Of a stretch of DNA of 64,000 nt, positions 28,994-37,667 are shown piece after piece. A program made the translations under genes and the position numbers. The stretch covers positions 9,541 to 73,540 of the forward strand of contig JAGOSH010000002.1 of assembly GCA_018062425.1 (NCBI GenBank), in the 5' to 3' direction. This DNA is from Minisyncoccota bacterium. Lineage in GTDB: Bacteria; Patescibacteriota; Minisyncoccia; Phycocordibacterales; UBA9973. The notes beneath the pieces were generated by a model, which did no database searches, had not been told where the DNA came from, and was given only the letters and a program-made list of their open reading frames with translations. How positions within the stretch are numbered: the first letter of the stretch is position 1; each line of letters starts with the position of its first letter.

Positions 28994-29491
28994 TTATTCT
29001 TCTTTGAAAATTTCTTGTATTTTCTTTATTCCTCGATGCAATTTAACTGATATTGCGTTTTCTGTTTCGTTTAAAAATTCGGCAATTTCCTGGTTGGTCA
29101 TATCCTGTACATATTTCATAAAAATAACCTCGCGATACTTCTCAGGGATGCTCTTCATGACTTCTAAAGCCATTTTACCGTCAATAATGTCCGCAATTCG
29201 CCCCCCTTCGTCTACTCGAATGTCGAATCCAGCGTCGGTCAAGTAATCTAGTGAGATGGTCTTCTTCTTACGATATTGGTCAATAATGATATTACCCAAT
29301 ACCCGATAGAAAAATGCCTTGAAATTGTCCACCTTACCGCCTTGGGCTACATGGTTCCAAGCCCGAAGGAAGGTTTCTTGAACAAGATCTTTCGCTAGGT
29401 CTCTGTCGGACACCTTAAAAAGCGAGTACCGAAAGAGGGCGTCTGCGTTCGCGTCACATGCCTGTATAAATTTTTCCTCTACACTCTCCAT
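28994..29491 (-). CDS. ECF-type RNA polymerase sigma-70 factor
   Basis: 165 aa with region 2 (DLVQETFLRAW) and region 4 (MTNQEIAEFLNETENAISVKLHRG). Confidence 0.8.
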   Translation of the reverse strand: MESVEEKFIQACDANADALFRYSLFKVSDRDLAKDLVQETFLRAWNHVAQGGKVDNFKAFFYRVLGNIIIDQYRKKKTISLDYLTDAGFDIRVDEGGRIADIIDGKMALEVMKSIPEKYREVIFMKYVQDMTNQEIAEFLNETENAISVKLHRGIKKIQEIFKEE

Positions 29492-29497
29492 ATTTCT

Positions 29498-29523
29498 AGA
29501 CGGTTAAGTTATATAAATGTTAC
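29498..29523 (-). promoter_or_regulatory. ECF-like promoter (AAC / CGT type) directly upstream of the sigma gene
   Basis: On the minus strand: TGTAAC (GTAAC at 29519-23), 16 nt, CGTCT (29498-502), 6 nt, ATG. Confidence 0.35.
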
Positions 29524-29565
29524 AAAAACCAACCTAATTCTAGCAGAAAACAGGCGTCGGGGCTA

Positions 29566-31305
29566 TTACCTTTCACCTACTTGCTGACGCCACATAGCAT
29601 AATACAAACCCTTCAGGGCTAAAAGCTCCAAATGGGTACCACTTTCACTTAAAATACCCTTCTCTAGTACATATATTTTGTCGGCGTGCATGATAGTGGA
29701 GAGTCTGTGGGCGATAAGTATGGTTAGGTGTTCCCTGTTTCCGCCCAGATCCTTTACAGTTTTGGTTATCTCTTCTTCGGTAATAGAGTCCAATGACGAA
29801 GTAGCTTCATCAAAGACTAGTATTGTGGGCTTGCGAAGGAGTGCTCGGGCAATAGACAACCTTTGCTTTTCTCCTCCTGAGATTTTGACCCCACCCTCAC
29901 CGATAGTGGTATCCAGGCCTTTGTCTGCGCGGGCCAAGAGGGTGTCACAAGCACTTTTTTTCAGTACCTCCAGCATTTCGGCATCAGTAGCTTGTGGATT
30001 GACGAAAAGTAAGTTTTCTTTGATAGTTCCTGCGAAAAGTTGCGTGTCTTGGGTGACGAAACCAATTTGTGAACGGAGTTCTTCTAGGTCGATGTTTCTG
30101 CTGGAAGTGTTGTTGTACAGGACTTCACCCTTTACTGGTTGATATAGTCCGACCAGTAATTTGACCAGGCTAGTTTTACCAGAACCGGAAGGTCCTACAA
30201 AAGCAACGGTGTCACCTTTGTGCATACTAAAGGAAATATTTTCTAATGCTTCCGTATTCGCATTTTTATATTTAAAAGAGACATCGTTGAAAGCCAAGTC
30301 TTCTACTTTATTTAAAGTGGTCGGACTTTTAGGTACAATTTCAACCGGTATATCAACGATAGATTTAAACTTTTCCATAGAAGTTTGAGCTTCCCTGTAA
30401 GCCGTGATAACTGCACCCACTTCTTGCAAAGGTCCGAAAACAAAAAAAGAATATATGTATAAGGAGAAGAATTGTCCGAAAGTAATAATTTTACTGAAAA
30501 CCAAATAAAGCAAAAACAGTAAAATAGAGTTTCGAATTAGGTTGATCATTGTACCCTGTACAAAGCTGATACTCCTGATGTAGCGTAATTTTTTCAGCTC
30601 CAAGTTCAGGATTTTAGTAGTTGTATTATTGAGCCTTTGTATTTCTTGTTCGGCCAATCCGAGACTTTTAACAAGCTCTATGTTACGCAGGGATTCAGTG
30701 GTCGAGCCAGCAAGCGCAGTAGTCTCAGCAACTATTTGCTTCTGCATTTGCTTTACTTTTTTGGTTAGAAAATACGAAAGTCCACCAACCACAGGAATAG
30801 TTAGGGCATAAACCAAGGCTACTCCCCAGTACAACGTAGCCGCATAAATAGAAACAAAGATAAATCCAATCAACGATATGAACACTATATTTATCAGTAA
30901 TCCTAAATATTTCTCCGCATCGGCACGGGCTTTTTGTAATACACCAAGCGTTTCCCCGCTCCTCTGGTCTTCGAATACTTCATACGGTAAAAGTAGCGAA
31001 TGCCTGACCCCAGACTGATACATGTCTGCACCGGATCGTTGGGTGACCATATTCAGATAATAATCCTGCAAGTTCTTGGCAATACGAGATACGAAAACCA
31101 CCCCGATAGCTATGAGGAGTAGTTTTACAACCCCAGCGAAAAACTCTGCGCTAGTATAGGCGTCTGGCTTGGAGGCGTATTCGTCTATGATCCTTTGAAA
31201 AATAAGAGGGTCAATCAGAGAGAAAACTTGATTCACTGTCGCCAGTGCCAAAACAGCAATGCAGAGTTTCCAATATTTTTTTAGATACGAATATAAAGTT
31301 TGCAT
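29566..31305 (-). CDS. ABC exporter, fused permease/ATPase (MsbA-like type I exporter)
   Basis: 6 TM helices plus Walker A GPSGSGKTS, signature ISGGEKQR and Walker B ILVFDEATS. Confidence 0.85.
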   Translation of the reverse strand: MQTLYSYLKKYWKLCIAVLALATVNQVFSLIDPLIFQRIIDEYASKPDAYTSAEFFAGVVKLLLIAIGVVFVSRIAKNLQDYYLNMVTQRSGADMYQSGVRHSLLLPYEVFEDQRSGETLGVLQKARADAEKYLGLLINIVFISLIGFIFVSIYAATLYWGVALVYALTIPVVGGLSYFLTKKVKQMQKQIVAETTALAGSTTESLRNIELVKSLGLAEQEIQRLNNTTTKILNLELKKLRYIRSISFVQGTMINLIRNSILLFLLYLVFSKIITFGQFFSLYIYSFFVFGPLQEVGAVITAYREAQTSMEKFKSIVDIPVEIVPKSPTTLNKVEDLAFNDVSFKYKNANTEALENISFSMHKGDTVAFVGPSGSGKTSLVKLLVGLYQPVKGEVLYNNTSSRNIDLEELRSQIGFVTQDTQLFAGTIKENLLFVNPQATDAEMLEVLKKSACDTLLARADKGLDTTIGEGGVKISGGEKQRLSIARALLRKPTILVFDEATSSLDSITEEEITKTVKDLGGNREHLTILIAHRLSTIMHADKIYVLEKGILSESGTHLELLALKGLYYAMWRQQVGER

Positions 31306-31347
31306 AGGTTCTATACTACCACAATCTCAACTTTTCTTTTAAACATA

Positions 31348-31376
31348 TTGACGAATATACTTAGGTATGTTACGAT
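31348..31376 (+). promoter_or_regulatory. strong sigma70-type promoter in the ABC/GNAT spacer
   Basis: TTGACG (31348-53), 17 nt, TGT-TACGAT (31368-76). Confidence 0.45.
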
Positions 31377-31382
31377 AAAAGT

Positions 31383-31478
31383 ATGAGAAATTATTGTTTT
31401 CACATGTTTAATACCGGGTCAGTCGCCATCGAACTTCGCGAGGCGGTTTTTACATGTATGGAGAATAATATAGGTTAA
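31383..31478 (+). CDS. candidate 31-codon leaderless ORF (or non-coding leader/sRNA)
   Basis: The ATG is 6 nt after the -10 box. Translation is MRNYCFHMFNTGSVAIELREAVFTCMENNIG. A terminator-like hairpin (31422-31451) lies inside the ORF. Confidence 0.3.
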   Translation: MRNYCFHMFNTGSVAIELREAVFTCMENNIG

Positions 31479-31505
31479 ATCACTATTTAAGCAACGTCAT
31501 TGTAA

Positions 31506-31537
31506 AGGCCGCCCCCTAAAGGCGGTTTTTATTTTTG
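31506..31537 (+). terminator. intrinsic terminator
   Basis: aggccgcc pairs with ggcggttt around a 7-nt loop, then TTATTTTTG. Confidence 0.55.
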
Positions 31538-31574
31538 TTCTTTCTTAATTCTTAAATCTTTAAACTTTTAAACA

Positions 31575-32153
31575 ATGCAAAATCTTTTTTTCAGAAAAGG
31601 TAAGCTCGTAACCTTGCGCCCCGTCCTCAAAGAGGACATCGAGCAATTCATGTTTTGGATGAATGATCCAGAAGTCACCCAGTTTCTATTACGCACCAAT
31701 CCAGTTTCCTTGAAAGAAGAGGAAGAATGGTTTGAAAGGGTCTCGAAACCGAACGGCACTAGCTACACCTTGGCCATCATTGAAAATGAAGGTGGCACAC
31801 TGATCGGCTCGATGGGAATCAATACCATTGACCACAAACACGGCACAGCGGTCACCGGTGCACTCATCGGCGACGAAAAATTCCGAAACAAAGGCTACGG
31901 TAGCGAAGCAAAAATGTTACTTCTAGAGTATGCATTCCACGAACTCAACTTACGCAAAATTTATTCGTATGTTATCGAGTACAATGGACGGAGTGCCCGC
32001 TATTCCGAGAAATGTGGCTACGCCGAGGAATCCCGGCTTCCAAAGCATTACTACAAGAAAGGCCGGTATTGGGATCAAATAATCCTGGCAGTCTATCGGG
32101 AAAATTGGGAAAAGATTGCAGAAAAGTTTTTTTGCAACAGCAAGCTAATCTAA
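31575..32153 (+). CDS. GNAT family N-acetyltransferase (RimJ/RimL-like)
   Basis: LRPVLKEDIEQFMFWMNDPEV and FRNKGYGSEAKMLLLEYAF. Confidence 0.8.
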   Translation: MQNLFFRKGKLVTLRPVLKEDIEQFMFWMNDPEVTQFLLRTNPVSLKEEEEWFERVSKPNGTSYTLAIIENEGGTLIGSMGINTIDHKHGTAVTGALIGDEKFRNKGYGSEAKMLLLEYAFHELNLRKIYSYVIEYNGRSARYSEKCGYAEESRLPKHYYKKGRYWDQIILAVYRENWEKIAEKFFCNSKLI

Positions 32154-32158
32154 ACACC

Positions 32159-32195
32159 AACGGTGCTGACGCCAAGTCAGCACCGTTATTTTTAT
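32159..32195. terminator. intrinsic terminator between convergent genes
   Basis: 12-bp stem aacggtgctgac/gtcagcaccgtt with a 5-nt loop, then ATTTTTAT. Confidence 0.65.
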
Positions 32196-32212
32196 ATATT
32201 GAAAAAGAAAGA

Positions 32213-32893
32213 CTAAACCAAAGCCACTAAGCGCACGGGGGCTTCAGTGCCATCTATAATCTTCATCGGTAATACCAGAATCTTTGCCCCCGTCGGAGGT
32301 AATTCTTTTGCGTTGGCGATATTTTCTACCAGATATTTGTCCGAGCCCAATATTGCACGATGAACCGGAAAGCCATCAGCCCCGGTATCAGCAGACAAAG
32401 TATCTATCCCCAGCCCAGCGATATTTCTTTTGAGTAAAAGCTCTGCGGTAGACACATCCACACTCGGGAATTTGTGATTATTTATGTATTTTTCGGGATC
32501 ATTCCAATACTTGTCCCAGCCAGTATAAAAAATTACAAAACTTCCTCCTTTTATTTCTCTGTGTTCTTTTTCGAATTTCTCGACAGCTTCTGGCATGATG
32601 ATGTAATTTTCATCCGATTCGGCGCTTACGTCTATCATTACGCAATTAGTCACCAGCTCTTCAAGCGCGATTTTATCTATCGTTCTTCCGTTTGGAATTA
32701 CATGCGCTGGCGCATCCATATGAGTGCCGATACCGGACTCCATCTTCAAACTGTGTTTTCTAAAAAGGTCGGGTGGTGTGCAATCCTTGTAATCAAGAGT
32801 TAGTTCCATTTCAAAACCACAACCTCCATCCCAAGTTGGAATTTCGGGTGACAATGTGTGGGTTAGATCTATGATTTTGAAATCTTTATTCAT
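32213..32893 (-). CDS. cyclase family protein (kynurenine formamidase-like)
   Basis: GIGTHMDAPAHV matches the HxGTHxDxPxH cyclase/arylformamidase motif. Confidence 0.8.
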   Translation of the reverse strand: MNKDFKIIDLTHTLSPEIPTWDGGCGFEMELTLDYKDCTPPDLFRKHSLKMESGIGTHMDAPAHVIPNGRTIDKIALEELVTNCVMIDVSAESDENYIIMPEAVEKFEKEHREIKGGSFVIFYTGWDKYWNDPEKYINNHKFPSVDVSTAELLLKRNIAGLGIDTLSADTGADGFPVHRAILGSDKYLVENIANAKELPPTGAKILVLPMKIIDGTEAPVRLVALV

Positions 32894-32906
32894 TAACTTT
32901 TCGGGG

Positions 32907-32977
32907 CTGGGAGACTAGGAATCGAACCTAGATTAAAGGCTTCAAAGGCCTCTGTCCTACCGTTAGACGATCTCCCA
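32907..32977 (-). tRNA. tRNA-Gln (anticodon UUG)
   Basis: Hand-folded cloverleaf. Acceptor stem TGGGAGA/TCTCCCA, D stem GTCT/GGAC, anticodon stem GAGGC/GCCTT with loop CTTTGAA, and T arm CTAGG-TTCGATT-CCTAG. 71 nt, no encoded CCA. Confidence 0.9.
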
Positions 32978-33041
32978 ATACGTAAACACCTAAAAAAGAT
33001 AACATATTGCTACCATTTTCTCAATGTTTACGTTGATTTTA

Positions 33042-34811
33042 CTAGTCTACAAAACGCATAGGGATAGAAAGCTGTTTTACCTCGTTTAAGTGGTAATCCA
33101 GTATCCGCTTCCCTGCGAAAATAACAGCCACTGGACTGTCTTTCATCTCAGAAATGAAATCAATGTTGTCCTCCAGTAAGCCCTTGCGACTTATGAACTC
33201 AAAAGTTATATCGTTGCTTTGAATGTCGTCTAGGCGTTTCTTTTCTGAACTGAATTTTTCTAGGGCAACTTTTTGAATTTCTTTTTCTAATTCTGGGGTA
33301 AATTTCTGCTCTAGACACAGAAGTAAAATAACTTTGTTGATGTTGTTTTTAAGGGCGTAGTCAGTAACCTCAGTTATTCTATTAGTAAATCCGTAACCGC
33401 GCGAAACAATCATGACCGATGGCTCCGTCGGCAAGACTAGATTCTCATCATCTTTCATTGTGGTTGCAACTTTGAGCCACTGAGCTATTTTCGGTGTTAG
33501 TGGTGGTGCTACAACTAAAGTACAAAGTATCACCCACATACCTACTTCTAGGAGGCCCTCTGTGCCCGGTAGCGCCAAGGATACTATTGTTACCAACAAT
33601 ACTGCTGGTATTGCTCCAGTCTCACGAATCGCTGAGATGAACCAGATGTCGCGGAAAGACATCTTCTCTTTGCCAAAATATCTAAATACGGTAAGTGATA
33701 TAAAAACAGAAAGAGGTCGTACAACCAACATGAACAAAAGCCCGATCAATATACCGATAGGTGCGTACTCAAGGAGTTTGGTTATGTCTACCATAGCCCC
33801 GAGCAATATGAATATAGTTGGTTTCAAGAAACCTTCTACGAGGTTGTTAAAGAAATGCTCTGTTTCCTTTAGGTGGTCTGTCATATGGAAAAGTAGTCCC
33901 GTAATGAATGCTGCTAAATATCCACTACCTCCGAGAGCTGTCGCAAAAGCGAAAATCATTATTGGAACAAAGAGAAAGAAAGATAAATCAGCCTCATGCC
34001 CATAGTCATTCCTCTTTTTAAAACGTAGCAGAAATTCCAACAAGAAATATCCAACAATACCGAGCAAAACTCCGAAGAATAATTTCTGCATTACCAAAAT
34101 TCCACTATCCAAAGTAAATATCGAAGCGTACCAAGCTGATATTGAATCAAAGCTAACCCCTGCTACAACCAAGGTCAGGAATACCCCTGTTAAGAGTGCT
34201 CCAGTCACATCAGTGAATGCACTTTCGGAGACAATGATATCTTTGACCGAACGGTTGTTGAATTTAAGTCTTTTTAATATTGGGATAATGGCCGCTGGAT
34301 CAGTAGAGGCGAGTACTGCACCCAACAAGACTGCGGTCACTAACGAAATACCAGAACCTAGCCAATTGCTCCCAGCGTATATGAACATTGAAGTCAAAAA
34401 AGCAGTAATGAGTAGTCCCGGGAAAGACAGCGAGAGTATCTGTCCCATTAACTTTTTGAAATTCTTGAAAGGGGTTTCTAACCCTCCACCAAAAAGTATC
34501 AGTGCTGCACCTAGTCCGACCAACACTCCTAAAACTGCTTCCTTTTCTAGGATTGGGTGCAGAAATGGACTCGCAGCCAATCCAAAGAATATGGCAACAA
34601 CGAATGATGGTAATTTAACCAATCTAGACACATGGGAGATCAGAGATCCCAGCACCGACAAAAGTCCAACCAAGAAGAATGCCACCAATAAATGGTGCTC
34701 AGGATTTTTCTCAAACGAATGGTAGATATAATCTTTAAAATAAAAAGATGCCCCCAAAACCCCTACAAAAATAATAATGGAAATTGCGTAATTTATAATT
34801 TTACTTTTCAT
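33042..34811 (-). CDS. CPA1 family cation:proton antiporter (NhaP-type) with C-terminal cytosolic domain
   Basis: Polytopic protein with ASTDPAAIIPIL. The start at 34811 is preferred, because TGATATAAT lies 10 nt upstream of it. The longest ORF begins at a TTG at 34850. Confidence 0.8.
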   Translation of the reverse strand: MKSKIINYAISIIIFVGVLGASFYFKDYIYHSFEKNPEHHLLVAFFLVGLLSVLGSLISHVSRLVKLPSFVVAIFFGLAASPFLHPILEKEAVLGVLVGLGAALILFGGGLETPFKNFKKLMGQILSLSFPGLLITAFLTSMFIYAGSNWLGSGISLVTAVLLGAVLASTDPAAIIPILKRLKFNNRSVKDIIVSESAFTDVTGALLTGVFLTLVVAGVSFDSISAWYASIFTLDSGILVMQKLFFGVLLGIVGYFLLEFLLRFKKRNDYGHEADLSFFLFVPIMIFAFATALGGSGYLAAFITGLLFHMTDHLKETEHFFNNLVEGFLKPTIFILLGAMVDITKLLEYAPIGILIGLLFMLVVRPLSVFISLTVFRYFGKEKMSFRDIWFISAIRETGAIPAVLLVTIVSLALPGTEGLLEVGMWVILCTLVVAPPLTPKIAQWLKVATTMKDDENLVLPTEPSVMIVSRGYGFTNRITEVTDYALKNNINKVILLLCLEQKFTPELEKEIQKVALEKFSSEKKRLDDIQSNDITFEFISRKGLLEDNIDFISEMKDSPVAVIFAGKRILDYHLNEVKQLSIPMRFVD

Positions 34812-34863
34812 ACAAACCTGTATTATATCAGCAAGGTGAAGCTTTTTCAAGAAGGTGAAAAAG

Positions 34864-34895
34864 AAAACACCCCTTGCTTGCGCTTGGGGTGTTTT
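34864..34895 (-). terminator. intrinsic terminator
   Basis: aaaacacccc pairs with ggggtgtttt, and a T-run follows on the minus strand. Confidence 0.6.
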
Positions 34896-34918
34896 CGAGA
34901 AAAGTGGACAGAAATTAT

Positions 34919-35662
34919 TTAGTCTTGGTCTTGGCTAACATTGCGAACTACAGTTGCATCGATGGTGTTGTCAGCATTGATGACTCCGTATACACGCACC
35001 TTGTTGTCTACTTGGAAATTTCCAAGTGTTGCTGTAAGCCATTTTTCGTTAAGTACTGAGGTGGTTGCACTTACTTTCACAGTGTACACTTTGTCTCCTG
35101 ACTTCAATGTAAATGTGGTTGGGGCAGTTGCTCCAGGTACTGTTACCACTTTGCCTTCAACTGTAGTCTTCACTTGTGGCATAACTGACCAGTTCTTTAC
35201 TGACTTTGCTTGAACAGTAAATGTAGATCCCGCCATCAAGTTTCCAGAGAAGCTTACGAAGTCCCCTACTTTAACTTGGCTAATATTTGATTGACCGTTT
35301 TTAAGCTCGATGAACTTTGTATTAGCATCGGTGTTTATATTCCAATTCAACATTGCACCGTTCCATTCGGTTAATGCGGTGATAGTGGTACCCGACACTG
35401 CGGTTACTTTACCCCCACGCACTACTACAGAACCGTCATTGTTAATGTGCACTTCCAAAGGAGAACCTTTTTTGTTCACCATTTCCTTGTGCTCACCGTA
35501 CCATTTGTCCTTCATCATGACGCCTAGTTTCAAACCCATTTTACTGTCGTCAAACTTGTCGTCGTCATCTCCCCCATTCTTTGCTTGGGCTACTGCTGCA
35601 AAAGCACCAGAAGCTACCAAGGCAAATGCTAGAAAACTCAATAATAACTTTTTGTTTTTCAT
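34919..35662 (-). CDS. exported repeat protein (DUF5666-like beta domains)
   Basis: Signal peptide ...GAFAAVAQA and repeated VKVGD/VRVYG-type blocks. ATG at 35662 (the longest ORF starts at a TTG at 35674). Confidence 0.55.
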   Translation of the reverse strand: MKNKKLLLSFLAFALVASGAFAAVAQAKNGGDDDDKFDDSKMGLKLGVMMKDKWYGEHKEMVNKKGSPLEVHINNDGSVVVRGGKVTAVSGTTITALTEWNGAMLNWNINTDANTKFIELKNGQSNISQVKVGDFVSFSGNLMAGSTFTVQAKSVKNWSVMPQVKTTVEGKVVTVPGATAPTTFTLKSGDKVYTVKVSATTSVLNEKWLTATLGNFQVDNKVRVYGVINADNTIDATVVRNVSQDQD

Positions 35663-35787
35663 AAATAAATTCAATTAAAAATTAACTACTAATAAGGCCT
35701 TCGCATCTATTGACGTAGCATATCGAGAAAAGTTTCATAGCATTTTTTTAGCAACAGAAGTTAACTTTTGTCCAAATAACAAAAGAA

Positions 35788-35825
35788 CCCCAGACAACAA
35801 CCTGTCAGGGTTCTTTTGTCTGGGG
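35788..35825 (-). terminator. intrinsic terminator
   Basis: 10-bp stem ccccagacaa/ttgtctgggg, then TTCTTTTGTTATTT on the minus strand. Confidence 0.6.
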
Positions 35826-35837
35826 TTTGTTCATGGC

Positions 35838-36398
35838 TTATTGCCAAAATAAATCATCTAAGTTGTCTGTTCCATTGCCTTTCGGGGGTTTGGGGGTTTT
35901 TGCGGGTGCCTTCGGTGTGAATTTCGGAAGTTGTTTTTTGAACTTTTTCAAAAGCTCCACAAAATCAGGCCTTTGTCCTTTAAACCCACCACATCCGGTT
36001 AGCGAGTCGAATATTTCATTCAGCATAGCAAGTCCGACGCCATAGCAAGACGAAATATATTCAAAAAACTTCGGGTTGATTGTGTTGCCTGGGCCTTTCA
36101 CTGCTTTCAGCAGTTCTTCGAGGGTAAATACTTTTCTCGAATTTCCGAGCTTTGATTTCATGAAATTGTCGAGTATCTGTTTTGCGTCGTTCGGGCGCTT
36201 GAACCGTTTGACATACTGATCAAGTCGCATGTTTCCGTCGCACCCATTACCTGGATCGGGCTGAGATCGAGGAAGAGTTACATCCAATACCCGTGGGAAC
36301 GAGCACTGAAACTTGTCTGCAAACATGAAAAAGGTGGCGAGTAAGGCAAGGGAAATCACTAAGATTGCCGGTAAATTAAGGCGAGGAGCGAGAACCAT
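35838..36398 (-). CDS. hypothetical membrane-anchored protein with Lys/Pro-rich tail
   Basis: 186 aa with an N-terminal TM helix. No family recognised. Confidence 0.5.
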   Translation of the reverse strand: MVLAPRLNLPAILVISLALLATFFMFADKFQCSFPRVLDVTLPRSQPDPGNGCDGNMRLDQYVKRFKRPNDAKQILDNFMKSKLGNSRKVFTLEELLKAVKGPGNTINPKFFEYISSCYGVGLAMLNEIFDSLTGCGGFKGQRPDFVELLKKFKKQLPKFTPKAPAKTPKPPKGNGTDNLDDLFWQ

Positions 36399-36554
36399 AA
36401 TTAGGTTGTTTTATAGGTGATTGTTGAAAGAACGTAAGTCCAGATATTACCATTGTTTTATAAAATGTCAACGGTATCTAGCCAACATCCCAACCTGTGT
36501 TAGTATGTCACCCAGAGCAATATCGCTTTAGTTCTTTTTTAAAAACTCAATACT

Positions 36555-37202
36555 ATGAAGTGGTTTCACCTATTCATGATGAAACCCATTTCGAAATTAT
36601 TGGGTTTCTTGTTTAGCAAAAATGGCGCTACTTTCAGCATTGGTGTAGCAACACATTTTTTGATAAACCTATTAGTGAACGGATTTATCGCAGGATATGT
36701 GACTTTCCGTTTACCATTACTTTGGTCATTATTTTCGATGTTTTTTATAAACATATTGAAAGTAATCATCATGGTAAAACTTTACGACCGTTTCGAGAAG
36801 GATATTTTCGGAATCGAAACGCTAAAGAGCGGGCAAATAGACGACAGAAAAGTGGTTAGAATGGTCAAAAAAATTCTACACCACCTTGATCGTAGGGGTA
36901 AACTTTTTACCCATGTCACACTGATCGCGATTGATCATTTCTTTGGTGTTATCTACATTCGTAGAGAACACCGCATGTACCGTGGCATACCACGGCAAGA
37001 TTGGCTAGCTATTCTGTTGGCTATGCTGATATCCACTCCCGTGATAGTACTCGGCTGGGAAATCTTAATCAAAATTTATTGGATATTACATTCGCTGTAT
37101 ATCCAAATCGGACCCAAAGGCACCTTCTTTGTGTCTGTAATCATTTTGATTTTTATATTTCTCATTAAACGTTTCAAAAAACATAATCGTTCCCAAAACT
37201 AA
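36555..37202 (+). CDS. hypothetical polytopic membrane protein
   Basis: 215 aa with about 5 hydrophobic segments. No family recognised. Confidence 0.5.
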   Translation: MKWFHLFMMKPISKLLGFLFSKNGATFSIGVATHFLINLLVNGFIAGYVTFRLPLLWSLFSMFFINILKVIIMVKLYDRFEKDIFGIETLKSGQIDDRKVVRMVKKILHHLDRRGKLFTHVTLIAIDHFFGVIYIRREHRMYRGIPRQDWLAILLAMLISTPVIVLGWEILIKIYWILHSLYIQIGPKGTFFVSVIILIFIFLIKRFKKHNRSQN

Positions 37203-37234
37203 TCAGCCTTTTGCACAACGCAAAAGGCTGATTT
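37201..37234. terminator. bidirectional intrinsic terminator
   Basis: 14-bp perfect stem aatcagccttttgc/gcaaaaggctgatt with a 5-nt loop. It starts inside the stop codon. Confidence 0.75.
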
Positions 37235-37256
37235 AAATTCCAGTTTATTTATCTAA

Positions 37257-37628
37257 TTATTTCCCAAAGTTGAAATTCTCTATCACCACACTGCTGTCTG
37301 TTGGGTTAAAAGTATACGAAAAATGATTTTCCCTTTGTACATGTCCATCTTCATACTTTACATCTCCCACATCGTTTTCAGTATCTACCTTAGTCTCAAG
37401 CACATACCAACGTCCACCCAGCAAGGCTTCACCGGCTAATTCGTTGATGTTATCACGAACATAGGTTTCAACTGCTTGTCTCTCGAGCATTCTTTGCTTT
37501 TCGTAGTCGACAACAGTATCCGTTGTTAAAATATCTTCAGTTTTCTTGTTAAGAGCAAAATATGAAATTACTCCAGCGGCGACAATGATTATTACTAAGA
37601 GTATAACTATGTTCTTTTTCATACACAT
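37257..37628 (-). CDS. hypothetical membrane-anchored exported protein
   Basis: 123 aa with an N-terminal TM helix. Confidence 0.5.
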   Translation of the reverse strand: MCMKKNIVILLVIIIVAAGVISYFALNKKTEDILTTDTVVDYEKQRMLERQAVETYVRDNINELAGEALLGGRWYVLETKVDTENDVGDVKYEDGHVQRENHFSYTFNPTDSSVVIENFNFGK

Positions 37629-37667
37629 ATTATACCACGGATGAGCACTATATATTTAGACAATAAA

